Shown piece after piece: positions 9,064 to 20,595 of a stretch of DNA of 64,000 nucleotides. The notes beneath the pieces were generated by a model, which had not been told where the DNA came from, ran no database searches, and saw only the letters and a list, made by a program, of their open reading frames with translations. The position numbers were made by a program, and so were the translations under genes. The DNA is taken from contig CAVQNT010000002.1 in NCBI GenBank assembly GCA_963714275.1, positions 128,001 through 192,000 on the forward strand. The letters are read 5' to 3'. Position 1 is the first letter of the stretch. Each line of letters begins with the position of its first letter. This DNA comes from Candidatus Bathyarchaeota archaeon. Lineage in GTDB: Archaea; Thermoproteota; Bathyarchaeia; Bathyarchaeales; DTEX01.

Positions 9064-11962
9064 CTATTCAATGAAAATGGCTGGTCTGTAAGGTTTAGCC
9101 AGAGATGCACGGTTTTTCGGGTCATACCTGTCTGGGTCATCCTCGACAAAGATTGACATTTCAGCACCGAACTCTTTTTGAAGAAAAGCCCTAAGCTTCC
9201 TCCAGAACACCTTTCTCGTCCAACAGTCCAACTTGAAGTTTTCTCTTTTTCGTGTCTTCAGCAACCACAATCAATTCAGGAATCATCTTTGCCACGTAAG
9301 TCGCTAGGTCCTTGGCTTTCTTCCGCAGCTCAGGAATCGACATCAGAGGCTTCATGACATTCTTCATTTCCAACCTTTCAGCCAGAGACATCCTCAGAAC
9401 CTCAAGGTAAGCCTTCCACTTCCAGTTTGAAGCCGCATAATAACAGATTCTTTTGGGCACCAACTTCGTAGCTTTAACGATGCTGATGGTATCACCAATC
9501 AGGCTTCTAATAAAGTCCTCAGATTCCTCTGAGCAAACGTCGATTTTGGAGTCATCGTAAACAGGCCACTCCGCTAACGAGACGAACCCCTCTTTTCCAA
9601 GAAGGCGCCACAACTCTTCGCTCAGATGAGGCGTAAAAGGAGCAACCAAACGTACCCAGACGTCCGCCACCTCCCTCAAAACCATATTGTTCGGGGTTTC
9701 TGCGCGCCTCATGTACCATCGGATGTCGTTCCACACCTCGAAAAGCGCTACTTCAGCAGCTGTCCTAGTCTTAAGCACTTCCAACGCAGCAGTGACAGTC
9801 TTGATACGTTTCTGAACCATTGAAATCAGCCAATGGTCAACACTTCTGGTCTCGACATCTCCGGGAAGCTTGGCAAGGTCACCCACGAACCTCTGCAGAG
9901 CCCTCAGCCTCGCATCTATGCTCTTCGCGTTTTCTTCCCGCCAGTCCGGGTCATCCATGTCCTCAGCGCCCAGAATCAGTGTTAACCTCGTGACGTCCGC
10001 CCCGTAATGGTTCAGAGTGCTTCTTAGGGTGAGAAAGTTGCCCTTAGACTTAGACATCTTCTGGCCCTCAATCGACAGCATGCCATTCACGCCTACGCCG
10101 CGCGGCCAGTGTTTCTTGGGGAAGAGGGCGGTGTGCTGGAAAACATAGAATGACAGGTGGTTGGGAACCAGTTCCTTAGCTGAAACCCTCATGTCCACGG
10201 GATACCAGTACTCGAACTCCTCTCTCATCTCCTGCAGAACTTTCGCTAGTATTCCTGAACTCTTGGACAAAGTTTCCGCGTTGCCACGACCATAGAAGAC
10301 GTAATCAAAAACTGTGCAGGTCAGCTGCTCAGGTTTAATGTTGTGTCGCCTGATGTGTTTTATGATCGTATAAAAAGCCATGTAGATAGTTGAGTCGCTG
10401 AGAGTCTCAACGATCCATCCTGGGCTCCAAGGCAACGGCGTCCCCAGCCCCGTTCTTCGGGCGCAAGCCCAATCGTGAAGCCAATCCAGCTTGTCGTGGA
10501 AATAAGACCGTGCAGCTTCTGGAAAAATGTTAGCCTCGTCAACAACCTCGTGAGCCACCTTTTTCCAGTCTGGATCCGAGTATCTCAGGAACCACTGGTC
10601 AGAAAGAATCTTGACAATGCAAGTCGTCGTGCACCTGCAAATAACCTTCTCGGGCAAGTCATACATAGAATCCGCGATATTCGCTTTTCTGAAGTCCCCG
10701 ACGAGCTCGACTTTAACCTCCTGCACCCGTTTACCAGCATATTTGCCAGTGACGGGCTTCAAAATGCCAGTGTGGAATTCTTTGCGGTAAATCGTTGATG
10801 TTGCCTCGTCAACCCTAGGGTCAAACTGGTCCTTGACGCCCAACTGCTCAACGATTTCAACCGCGGGAAACTCACCGTACTCATTGAGGCTGATTAGCGA
10901 GATGGGCTTGATGCCTTTAACAACCTCAGGGTCGATGCCGAACTTTCGCATCTCTTCAGGTTTTCCAATCAAGTCCTTAAGCGCTATCCAGTCTGCTGGT
11001 GCGTGAGCTGGAACGCTGTAAACCACGCCTGTCGCTGAATCTGGACTCACAAACCATCCTGGCAGAATAGGAAGTTTCCTCTTACTTACTGGATCGGTGA
11101 AGTTTTTACCGATAAGTTCAGCTCCTTTGAACTCGCTGAGTATTTTGACCTTTTTCAGCTGTTCCGAAAGCTTCTTTGTTGCTTCTTTGCTGATGATCCA
11201 TTTTTCTCCGTCAACATCCGCTTTAACATATGTGGCTTCGGGGTTGATGAACATGTTTGTTACGCCGAAGATTGTTTCAGGCCTGAAGGTCGCGGCGGGA
11301 AGAAATGCATCATCGTACTGGAACTTCAGCAAAGTATACTCTTCAGGTGAGACTCCTTCGCCTTCTAGACGATCATGGTCGCCAGTTGGGCTTTCACAGT
11401 GCGTGCACCAGACAACAGGATGGGTTCCTTTCGCAACGTAGCCTTTCTCTTTAAGGGCTTCGTATTGCCACTCGACGAATCGGCTGTAGGTCGGCTCCAG
11501 ACTGGTTGTGTGAAACTCGCGTCTCCAGTCAACCGAGAACCCGATTCTCTTGACCGCTTCTCTTCCTTCGCGCGTGTAATAATTGGCCATGTAAACTGGG
11601 TCAACAAACTTCCTCAGCTCCTCCTCTGGGACGCCGTCAACTTCCTTAAGAGCCCTAATTAGTTCAGGGTCACCCTTCTGAATACGAATCGTAGCGCCCA
11701 CAATAGGTTCGCCGGTCCAATGCCAAGCCCAAGGGAAAAGAGTGTTGTACCCCTTCATCCTCATAAAACGGGCGTAAACGTCAACGCGGGTAGCCGTAAA
11801 ACCGTGCCCCAGATGCAGCGGACCATTCATGTACGGGTAGGGAAAGGTTACAAAAAACTTTTTCCGCTTAGGGTTAGGGTCAGCCTCGAAGATTCGTGCT
11901 TTCTCCCATTCCTTTCTCCATTTCTCCTCGATTTTCTCCCATTCAGTAGGCATAAGTCTCAC
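9064..11962 (-). CDS. leuS: Leucyl-tRNA synthetase, frameshifted near 9191-9197
   Basis: PYPYMNGPLHLGH, KMSKSKGN. The C-terminus (YDPKNRA..AKPYRPAIFIE) lies in ORF 9064-9270. Confidence 0.95.
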
Positions 11963-14735
11963 CCTTCAACCTTTTTTCGAACAACCGTTTTAGCCTTCTC
12001 TATCGCCTTTGCCACGTTTGTAACTTTGGTTCCGCCGCCTTGGGCAAAATCAGGTTTCCCGCTGCCTCCGCCTCCTAACTCGGCTGCAGCTGCCCTCGTA
12101 ATTTCTCTTGCGTCAATGCCGAGCTTTTGCGCCTCTTCGCCGACCATGACGACCACCTGTGCGTTTTTATCCACGCTAATCAGTACAGCCATTGAATGAT
12201 TATCCAGCTGAACGAGTTTACTGGCAACCTTAATGAGTAGGTCCGCACCAACCGCTTGGGCACCCACAGTTCCTGAGACCAGCTTTAATTTTCCGATTTT
12301 TTCTGCTTTCTCCAAATATTTTTCAGCCATGAACTGCGCAAGCCCGTCTGAAAGATGTTCCTTGTCTCGGCGGAGTTCCTTCCACTCGGACACCATGCGT
12401 TCAACGGTGTTTTCAACCTTCTCTGTCTGGACCTCTAAAAGTCAGCTACTTTCAGAACTTTAGCTTCTGTTTCTTGAACTGCTTTTACGGCAGCGTCGCC
12501 TGCGCTGAAAATTATTCTTTCGACGCCGTCTTGGATGCGTTCTGTGCGGATTATCTTGATTAATCCAACTTCGCCCGTTGACTTGCAGTGGGTTCCGCCG
12601 CAAGCCTCGACTTCCCAGTCTTCGGTTTTCACAACCCGAATTTCGCGTCCTGGGACAACTCCGCCTTGGTAAAGCCTGAACCCATATTTTCTTTCAGCTT
12701 CTTCTCTCGGGTTCCAGAAGCATTCAACAGGAAGGTTTTCCATCACCACGCAGTTTGCGAGCCTTTCAATCTTGTAAATTTCCTCAGTCGTCAGCCGTTT
12801 GGGATGGGAAATGTCAAGCCTTGTTCGTTCAACGTCTTTCTGGGCTCCAGCCTGCCAAACATGCTGTCCAAGTGTTCGCCTAGCTGCGCCCATGACCAGA
12901 TGAGTGGCGGTGTGGTGCCTCATGAGGCTGACGCGGCGTTCCCAATCCAGTTGCCCTGAAACCTTCTGATTTTCTTTGGGGACCGAGTCTTCAACAAAAT
13001 GGACGATGACTCCGCCAGCTTTCTGAACATCAACAACCTTTGACCGTTTACCATCAAACGTCAGAACACCATGGTCTGGCAGCTGTCCTCCCCCTTCAGG
13101 ATAAAATGCGGTCTGGTCCAGTACGACGCGGTTGCCTGAGACTCTTAAAACCTTGGCTTTAAACTCTTTAATGTAGGCATCTTCGTAGTAAAGTCGCCTA
13201 GTGTCAGGCAAGTCCGCAAACATCCCTTCAGCATCTTCGATGCCTTCTTTCGAAGCAGTCTTTATTGTTTCGGGGGCTGCCACATGCCGTTCAGCTACGT
13301 GGCTGTAAAAATTGTCGGGAACCTGAACCCTTATTCCTTCAGCTTCCGCCATTTCGCTGACAACTTCAGGCGTAAGCCCATGAGAATCATACAGCTCCAC
13401 AATACTTTCCAGAGGTATCTCTGCTGTTCCTTCCCTTTTTTGGTCCTGAATCATTCTTTTGACTAGTCCGCGACCTCGTTCAAGAGTCTGTTCGTATTTT
13501 TCTCTTTCTATGGAAAGCAGCTCCAAAATTTCGTCACGCATGTCTCTGAGGAGCGGAAAATCTTTCCCCCAATAGTTTATTTGAAGGTCGATTATGTCAT
13601 CCATTTTGTCATCGATTGCAAGTTCTCTTAAAAGCCTATAAGTTCGCCTGATCAGCAGCCGCGTAAGGTAACCTTCCTGAACGTTCGATGGAACGACGCC
13701 CTCTGCTAACAGGAATGCTAGACATTTTGTATGGTCAGCCACAGAGTAAACATTAATCATTGGATTCATAAGACCATAAAGTTCCTTAGAATCCACGCAT
13801 ATTTTCTCACCGACTTTCCGCCAGTTTTCAGCGCGACTTGACGTTTTCGAAATCGAGATTAACCCGGAGACCTTTGCTACTTCTGCGAGGAGCTTCTCGT
13901 CCACAAACTTCATTCCAGTCATGCGCTTGATTTTGCCTAATATCTCTCCGTAAACTGCGTCAAAGCCACTTACGCATCCTCGCGAAAGCCAAGTGAACCT
14001 TTCCATGCCGTAGCCCGTGTCCACGGTTCGTATGGGCAGCTCAACAAACTCGCCGTTGACTACTTTGTACTTCATAAAAACAAGGGTAGCAACCTCAAGT
14101 CCACGCACGATGCTTTCAACGTCTGGACCAGCGTTTCCCCCACCTACCCAGACCCCTTCCTTGTAAATAACTTCCTCGCCTTTAATACCGAGTGTCTTGG
14201 TCACGAAGTCATGATGGTAACGCACGGTCTCGTCCTTCCAATAAACCTCCTTGTCTGGATAGTTGAAGGCGTGGTGCCCACCCATCTCGAAAATTGTTCC
14301 ATGCCTCCCAAACGTCAAGCCTACACTGTCAATGTCTGGAAACCTGACGCATGGCTGGCTAATGACGAGAGGATTCGCTGGCGGAGGAACTAAGCCCTCT
14401 GTTACGTATGGCTGAAAATCAATTATGCTTGCGTTCGTAAAGTACAGGTCGTCCCTCCAACGTGCGACAAGCAAATACGGCTTAATCCTCGTATGCCCCC
14501 GCCCCTCAAAGAAGGACAAGAAGGACTCCCGCATTTCCCGCAGACTGTAAGGTTTCCGAGTTGGAGGCTTGCCTATGAAGGTATATTCGGCGCAGCCCTT
14601 CCGTGTTGATTCTCCGCAACTTTTTTGGTCGCCATTCTGGGTCCAAAAAAATTCTCCGCACACTGGGCACTTCTTCCGAACATAACCGTACTCGTCGAAG
14701 AAGGGAAGATGGTATTCTTCTTCAGGAAAACTCAA
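11959..14735 (-). CDS. alaS: Alanyl-tRNA synthetase, frameshifted near 12437
   Basis: ASIIDFQP, VDTGYGMER, editing motifs HTATH and CGGTH. C-Ala domain GGGGSGKPDFAQGG lies in ORF 11959-12396. Confidence 0.95.
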
Positions 14736-14875
14736 CTGCTTTCAACTCCACGAAAGGACGCCTACACTTCCACAAGTAAAGAAGTGAGAAGCTTTGATAT
14801 ATTTAAGCCTCAATAAGCCAACGGTTCACATAAAAGAGAATTACAGGACTCTTCCGCTTCGAAGAAAAAGAGCGA

Positions 14876-15193
14876 TTATCCGAAAAGCGACCCAAGCCCC
14901 TCTAAGGCTTCCTCTTCCTTCTTCTCTTCTTTCTTTTCCTCAACCTTAGGCTTCTGTTCAGCAGCAGGAGCAGCTGGCGTAGCGGCAGCCACAGGAGCTG
15001 CAGCAGCAGGCATGAATGAAGGAGCAGACTTAATGGCCTCGTCAATGTTTACTTCAGAAAGTGCTGCGACGAGAGCCTTTACTCTTGCCGAGTCTGCTTG
15101 TATTCCGACAGATTGAAGGACTTTCGTAACATTTTCTTCGTCTATCTGTTTTCCAGCCTTATGCAGCAACATGGCCGCGTAGACATATTCCAT
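14876..15193 (-). CDS. rpl12: 50S ribosomal stalk protein P1 (L12)
   Basis: [11 protein letters not shown], Ala/Glu-rich hinge, GLGSLFG end. Confidence 0.97.
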   Translation of the reverse strand: MEYVYAAMLLHKAGKQIDEENVTKVLQSVGIQADSARVKALVAALSEVNIDEAIKSAPSFMPAAAAPVAAATPAAPAAEQKPKVEEKKEEKKEEEALEGLGSLFG

Positions 15194-15408
15194 CCGTCAT
15201 TCACCCTATTTTAAACATTATTGACTTTATGTGACGTTCAACCTTTCGAACATAGAGAATCAAATACTTAAATCTGTCGGAAAATTGAAGGTGTAAACGA
15301 CAATTGTAATAATGATTATACCATAATGTTGCCCGTCATTTTCTTGGACGAGTTTGGAAATATTCTTATATAGAAGACGTTTCTCCTTTTGTGTAGAAAC
15401 TTGAAGAG

Positions 15409-15597
15409 TTGTTTAATTTGGAACTTGGCTCTTTCTTTAAGTCTTGTTCGAGATTGCTTCGACTAGCAAAGAAACCTGACCGAACCGAGGTTTGGATAAC
15501 CATAAAAGTTTGCACCCTCGGAATCATCGTCATCGGCATGGTAGGTTTCATAATCAATATTCTCAATTCCTTCATCAGGGGCGCATTTCCAGTATAG
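15409..15597 (+). CDS. secE: Protein translocase subunit SecE/Sec61-gamma
   Basis: RLLRLAKKPDRTE followed by one TM helix, upstream of spt5. Confidence 0.9.
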   Translation: MFNLELGSFFKSCSRLLRLAKKPDRTEVWITIKVCTLGIIVIGMVGFIINILNSFIRGAFPV

Positions 15598-15609
15598 GGG
15601 GAGAGGGTA

Positions 15610-16093
15610 ATGGGCGTGGAAGAATCGACAACAATAATTTTTGCTGTAAGAACCACTGTTGGTCAGGAAAGAAACGTTTCAAACCTTATCACCGGTAGGG
15701 CTGAAGCCAACAGAATACCTTTAAGATCTATTTTGGTTCCTGAAACGTTGAAGGGCTACATTTTCATCGAGGCAAACGGACCCCACATCGTTGAGGAAGC
15801 AATCATGGGCATCAAACACGTCAGGTCAAGAGTACCCGGAGTTGTGTCCTTCGCTGAGGTCGAAAAATACGTCGTCGTCCGACCCATAATCGAGGAGTGT
15901 AGACATCAACGACATCGTAGAGGTCACAGGTGGACCGTTCAAGAGTATGAAGGCAAAAATTATGGACATAGACAGGGCAAAAGAGGAAGTCACCATCGAA
16001 CTGCTTGAAGCAACCTTCACGTTACCCATCACAGTTCACGCGGATTACGTGAAAGTCACCGAAAAAGGACAACAAACAAAAGTGGAGGAGTAG
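15610..16093 (+). CDS. spt5: Transcription elongation factor Spt5, frameshifted near 15897
   Basis: RTTVGQERNV and KGYIFIEA. After the shift: DIVEVTGGPFKSMKAKI..LPITVHADYV (KOW domain). Confidence 0.93.
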
Positions 16094-16095
16094 AA

Positions 16096-16584
16096 GTGCC
16101 CGAAAAGAAAGTTATCGAATCCCTTGTGGCTGGCGGACAAGCAACAGGAGGACCACCACTGGGACCAGCCTTAGGACCGCTGGGCGTAAACGTTCTTATG
16201 GTAGTGAACAAAATTAACGAGTTAACAGGCAGCTACGCAGGCATGAAGGTGCCTGTTAAAATCATTGTTAATCCTGAAACGAAAGAGTTCGATGTGTCCG
16301 TTGGCATACCCACAACTGGAGCTTTGATTGTTAAGGAGTCTGGGATCCAGAAGGGTTCAGGAACGCCTCATGCGCAGAGCGTGGGCAACGTGTCAATGGA
16401 GCAGGTGGTTAGGATAGCTCAGATCAAACAGCCTATGCTTCTCGCTGGAACCTTGAAGGCGGCAGTTAAAGAGGTTGTGAGCACATGCATGTCGATGGGT
16501 GTCACGGTTGACCAGAAGGACACCAAAGCTGTTATGCAGGAAATTAATGAAGGAATCTATGACACGATTTTTGAGGAAAAATGA
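16096..16584 (+). CDS. rpl11: 50S ribosomal protein L11 (uL11)
   Basis: GGQATGGPPLGPALGPLGVN. Confidence 0.97.
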   Translation: MPEKKVIESLVAGGQATGGPPLGPALGPLGVNVLMVVNKINELTGSYAGMKVPVKIIVNPETKEFDVSVGIPTTGALIVKESGIQKGSGTPHAQSVGNVSMEQVVRIAQIKQPMLLAGTLKAAVKEVVSTCMSMGVTVDQKDTKAVMQEINEGIYDTIFEEK

Positions 16585-16645
16585 TGCGGAAAGTAACCTT
16601 TTTATTGCGGATTTATGATTTTTTGTCGAACCTGAGGTCTAGTGT

Positions 16646-17296
16646 ATGTCGATAGAACCGAATAACCTTAAAGCTGCAATCAAAGAAACTAGAGAAAAAT
16701 CTACTAAACGCAACTTCAGTCAAACAGTAGAGTTGATTATCAACCTTCGCGACATTGACATGAAGCAGCCAGAAGGCAAATTGCAGGAAAGAGTGGAACT
16801 TCCGCATCCGCTAGGCAAAAAAGTCACAGTCTGCGTTCTCGCTGACGGCGACATGGCTCTCAGAGCAAGAAGAGGCGGCGCAGACATGGTTCTCGAAAGT
16901 TCAGAAATTCAGAACCTGTCAACTGACAAGAAGAAGCAAAGGCAAATAGCCAAAAACACAGATGTTTTTGTCGCTTCGGCTCCCCTTATGCCTCTCGTGG
17001 GAAGGACTTTAGGTGGGATTCTAGGTCCACGGGGAAAGATGCCTGTTCCCATTCCGCCCACTGCGAACATCGAGCAGGAGATTGAGAGGCAGAAAAAATT
17101 TGTTTTTGTGAGGGTTCGTAATCAGCCGATTCTTCAATGCCGAGTTGGAACTGAAGGCTTGTCTGACGACGAAATAGCTGAGAACATTCAGACGGTCGTT
17201 AGGAGAGTTACGGGTAAGCTCAAGAAGGGCATCAAGAACGTAGGTGCTGTTTACTTAAAAACAACTATGGGTCGTCCAGTAAAAATCAGCATGTAG
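16646..17296 (+). CDS. rpl1: 50S ribosomal protein L1 (uL1)
   Basis: KRNFSQTVELIINL, LGPRGKMP, KTTMG. Confidence 0.97.
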   Translation: MSIEPNNLKAAIKETREKSTKRNFSQTVELIINLRDIDMKQPEGKLQERVELPHPLGKKVTVCVLADGDMALRARRGGADMVLESSEIQNLSTDKKKQRQIAKNTDVFVASAPLMPLVGRTLGGILGPRGKMPVPIPPTANIEQEIERQKKFVFVRVRNQPILQCRVGTEGLSDDEIAENIQTVVRRVTGKLKKGIKNVGAVYLKTTMGRPVKISM

Positions 17297-17307
17297 AGGA
17301 ATGCGGG

Positions 17308-18153
17308 TTGGAACGGAAAGTTTTACGCGAAAAAGCTGAAAACATCAAGGAAATACGGACCGTTATTCAGAAGTATCAAGCGATAGGTATTGCCAGCCTG
17401 CAAAAGGTAAGATCCTCTCAGCTTCAGGAACTGAGGAAGAAACTTCATGGCACCGCCCAAATCCGCGTGATAAAGAACTCGCTGATCGAGCGGGCAATCT
17501 CGGACCTGCCAATTCCGAACACGGAGAAACTTAAAGAATACATAACTGGCTCAAACGTTTATCTTTTCACAAACCTTAACCCGTTCAAACTTGCGCGTCT
17601 CATCGAAAAAAGCAAAGTTATAGCCATCGCTAAAGTCGGAGACACAGCCGCCGAAGATGTTGTGGTTTCAGCAGGAAACACGGGGCTTCCACCAGGACCC
17701 GTCATCAGCCAGTTGGGTTCAGTTGGGATAAAGACCCGAATCGAGTCTGGAAGCGTGTGGGTGAACCGTGACACAGTGGTTGCCAAAAAAGGCGACATAA
17801 TAACCGAAAGTCTCGCCCCGATCTTGTCGAAGCTGGGCATAAAATCCGTGGAGATAGGTTTAGCCCTTAGGATGGTGTACGACGGCGGCGCCATTATTCA
17901 GGGAGAACAGTTAAAACTAGACATTGACGAATACAGGAAAAACTTAGGCGAAGCATACGCCAAAGCCTTCAACCTTTCTCTAAACGCCGCGGTTCCATTG
18001 CCAGAAAACATTGCGGTTCTCATACAAGCCGCAGCCTCAGACGCACGTAACCTTGCCCTCAACTCTGGCATAATCTCTACCGAAACAATCGGGGACCTTG
18101 TGAAGAAGGCATACTTCGAAGCCACTGCTTTGTCAACAAAAATAGCAGGCTAG
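17308..18153 (+). CDS. rpl10: 50S ribosomal protein L10/P0 (uL10)
   Basis: LQELRKKL, KNSL, NPFKL, GNTGLPPGP. No acidic C-terminal tail. Confidence 0.95.
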   Translation: MERKVLREKAENIKEIRTVIQKYQAIGIASLQKVRSSQLQELRKKLHGTAQIRVIKNSLIERAISDLPIPNTEKLKEYITGSNVYLFTNLNPFKLARLIEKSKVIAIAKVGDTAAEDVVVSAGNTGLPPGPVISQLGSVGIKTRIESGSVWVNRDTVVAKKGDIITESLAPILSKLGIKSVEIGLALRMVYDGGAIIQGEQLKLDIDEYRKNLGEAYAKAFNLSLNAAVPLPENIAVLIQAAASDARNLALNSGIISTETIGDLVKKAYFEATALSTKIAG

Positions 18154-18177
18154 CGAAAAATACAGAATAGACAGAGC

Positions 18178-18996
18178 CTAGATTTTCTCGATTTCTAGTC
18201 CAGTCTTATCCAGCAATCTAAGCAGCTGGCTTTTATCTGCGCCTGTTATGCCTTTCCAGTCCAACATGACCTTTTTAACTGGCTCCACGGTCTTGTTGAT
18301 GCATTGCTGAAGCACTTCCGAATCCAACTCATTGACGGCGTATTTGGGGACGATGTGACCGAAAGCAGTTTCCGTTTCCAACGCTTTCCGAGTGAATTTC
18401 GTATTGTAGTGTGGTCCTCCAATCCCAAGAACAGTTGGGTAAATGGTTTCCGCGGACGCTGCGGCTAACGCGCCTTTGGCTACGGTTTCAGCTGCCTCTG
18501 GGTCAATCCACTGTTTTTCGGAGCTTCCCAGCTCCACAAACATCATAGGAACGTTCAACGAAGGACCGTGATGCGTGCACTCGTATGACACCTCGTATCC
18601 CAAGCCTTTCTCTTCTTGGGCTGTTTTCATCGCTTTCAGGGCTTCTTTCATGGCGCTTGCTGGCGAAATTGACACTGTTCTGGGTAATCCGCCTAGGTCT
18701 GCTTTTCCAAGGTTCCCCGGAGTGTGAACAGACAGGGTTGGCTTTCCGCTCATGCTTTTGTGTCGTGAAAGGAATATCAGTAAACTCAAAGCTGAAGGGA
18801 AAACTGTTGACTGCGTGCTGATTGAGTCTTGATCAATGTAAATGATCTTCGCTGTGTTCCTGTTTGAAAGCTTTTTAGAGAACACAGGATTCTTGTCGAA
18901 GTTTTCGGTGCCACTTTTGAAGCCATGGTTTGTTATCAGTTTTTCAGCAATGTTCATCGATGCCGTGTCTTTTTTTGAGGCGATAAGGAGAATCAT
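18178..18996 (-). CDS. dtdA: D-aminoacyl-tRNA deacylase (DTD2)
   Basis: SRHKS, LSVHTPGN, ECTHHGP, FVELGS, GGPHY. Confidence 0.93.
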   Translation of the reverse strand: MILLIASKKDTASMNIAEKLITNHGFKSGTENFDKNPVFSKKLSNRNTAKIIYIDQDSISTQSTVFPSALSLLIFLSRHKSMSGKPTLSVHTPGNLGKADLGGLPRTVSISPASAMKEALKAMKTAQEEKGLGYEVSYECTHHGPSLNVPMMFVELGSSEKQWIDPEAAETVAKGALAAASAETIYPTVLGIGGPHYNTKFTRKALETETAFGHIVPKYAVNELDSEVLQQCINKTVEPVKKVMLDWKGITGADKSQLLRLLDKTGLEIEKI

Positions 18997-19012
18997 GGGG
19001 CAAGCATCCCTT

Positions 19013-20248
19013 CTAGTCAAAATATTTTTTGATTCCCAAGGTTTTTGGCACTGTCTTTCCGAATATAATCTTTTCGGCGTTGTGGAAATTCATGAATCTC
19101 CGAAAAGCTTCCGCGAGTTTTTCTTTGAATTCCGCGTCGAACTTGAAACCTTTCTCCAGATGAAGCGACTTTATCTCAAGCAGTCTTCGTGCACGGTGCA
19201 TTTTGGGGTCAATTCTTCCCACGAACTGGTCTTTGTAGAGGATGTTCATGTTGTAGTATCCGAATTTCCTTTTGTTCTGAGGCACATAAGCCTCCAGCTT
19301 CGGACTGAAATTGAAAAATTCGTGGATTCTCGTCTTGCTCCACGTTAGGTTGTCGAACGGCGAAAGGAACGTTACTTCATCGAAGCAGTCAAGCTGGTCG
19401 TCTGCAATTTTTTGCATAAGTTCAAGGTCTTCGGTAAGCATGTAATATAGTCCTTGAAAGCCCTTAACGGTTACTTCCTTGACAGCATCCTCGCTTACAA
19501 GGTTTTTCAGAACCCTCTCAAACGATTGTCCCTTTAACGGCGTGAACGTCGACCATTGATAATAGCAGTTGGAAACGTCAGAGGGCTTGGCAACTCCATA
19601 GGCGCGAAACGTATTCATTATACAGAATCTTTGCCTTTCTTCTTCAGCGGGTTCAGTTACGTCAACGCCGGAGGGAAGACAGTTCTCTGCAAGATCGTAG
19701 TGTCTTTGAAAGTTCCTTCTGTAAGACACCATGAGAATCCCTGCGTTGAAAAGCATCTCAAGCGCCATCTTTGTTGCGCTCCAGCTCCACCACCCGGTTC
19801 TTTTTTCCGCCTGTTTTTCGTCCAGCTCAAAGTCGCTTGTGCTCATAGGACCATTGCGACGAATTTCGTCCAAGATTTTGTCGAGAAGCCACGCTTTTTC
19901 TTTGAGTCTTTTTTCAGCTCTTACTTTCAGATCTTGACTGTGCTCCTTCATTGTTTGAATGAAATAGCGGTAGTTTTCGATGGGTATCAAGGAGGCTGCG
20001 TGAGCCCAGTATTCGAAAACTTTCCTGTCGGGGTAAAGCAGCTCGTCTAACCATTTTTTGTCGTACGGACCGAGTCTACTCCAAACAGCCATATAGTGGC
20101 TTCTTTCGACCACGTTAATCGTGTCGATCTGGATGAAACCTAAATTTCTTATAACGTCCAGAACGTGCTGCTTTTCTGAGACTGAAAACTGGCGAAAGCC
20201 TTGTTTCCATAACAAAAGTTTTCTGACTATGTCCACGGTTGCTTCCAA
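19013..20248 (-). CDS. YcaQ/AlkZ-family winged-helix DNA glycosylase (crosslink repair)
   Basis: IQIDTINVVERSHY..SRLG, FEYWAHAAS, LSPFDNL, KRKFGYY, VGRID. Confidence 0.85.
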   Translation of the reverse strand: MEATVDIVRKLLLWKQGFRQFSVSEKQHVLDVIRNLGFIQIDTINVVERSHYMAVWSRLGPYDKKWLDELLYPDRKVFEYWAHAASLIPIENYRYFIQTMKEHSQDLKVRAEKRLKEKAWLLDKILDEIRRNGPMSTSDFELDEKQAEKRTGWWSWSATKMALEMLFNAGILMVSYRRNFQRHYDLAENCLPSGVDVTEPAEEERQRFCIMNTFRAYGVAKPSDVSNCYYQWSTFTPLKGQSFERVLKNLVSEDAVKEVTVKGFQGLYYMLTEDLELMQKIADDQLDCFDEVTFLSPFDNLTWSKTRIHEFFNFSPKLEAYVPQNKRKFGYYNMNILYKDQFVGRIDPKMHRARRLLEIKSLHLEKGFKFDAEFKEKLAEAFRRFMNFHNAEKIIFGKTVPKTLGIKKYFD

Positions 20249-20350
20249 TGTTCAATGTCCTCAAGGTTACCATAATGCCTAAGAATGAAAAAATAACAAG
20301 AAAACTAATATTTTTACGAAAGCTCTAATTGCAAAAAAGGAGGTGATGGG

Positions 20351-20576
20351 TTAGGCTTCTGCCAGGGTTTCTGTGCTTCTCACGCCTGCTATCTCATTTA
20401 TGTGACTTGTCAGTTCCCTGAGTCTGCTTGTAGTTTTCCACTTCGAGGAACACGACGACGTCGAACCTTCCATAAGCAAAATAGGCTTTCCTGACTCCTT
20501 TAACCGCTTGAACCGCGCTCAGGATGGCGTCAGCCTTTGTGGGCACAACCTTCAACAAGACACACGCATTTAACAT
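20351..20576 (-). CDS. Stand-alone Lrp/AsnC ligand-binding domain, frameshifted near 20423
   Basis: ACVLLK, YGRFDVV. The repaired end reads INEIAGVRSTETLAEA. Confidence 0.75.
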
Positions 20577-20595
20577 TCCGTTCTTCCTCCTCCTT

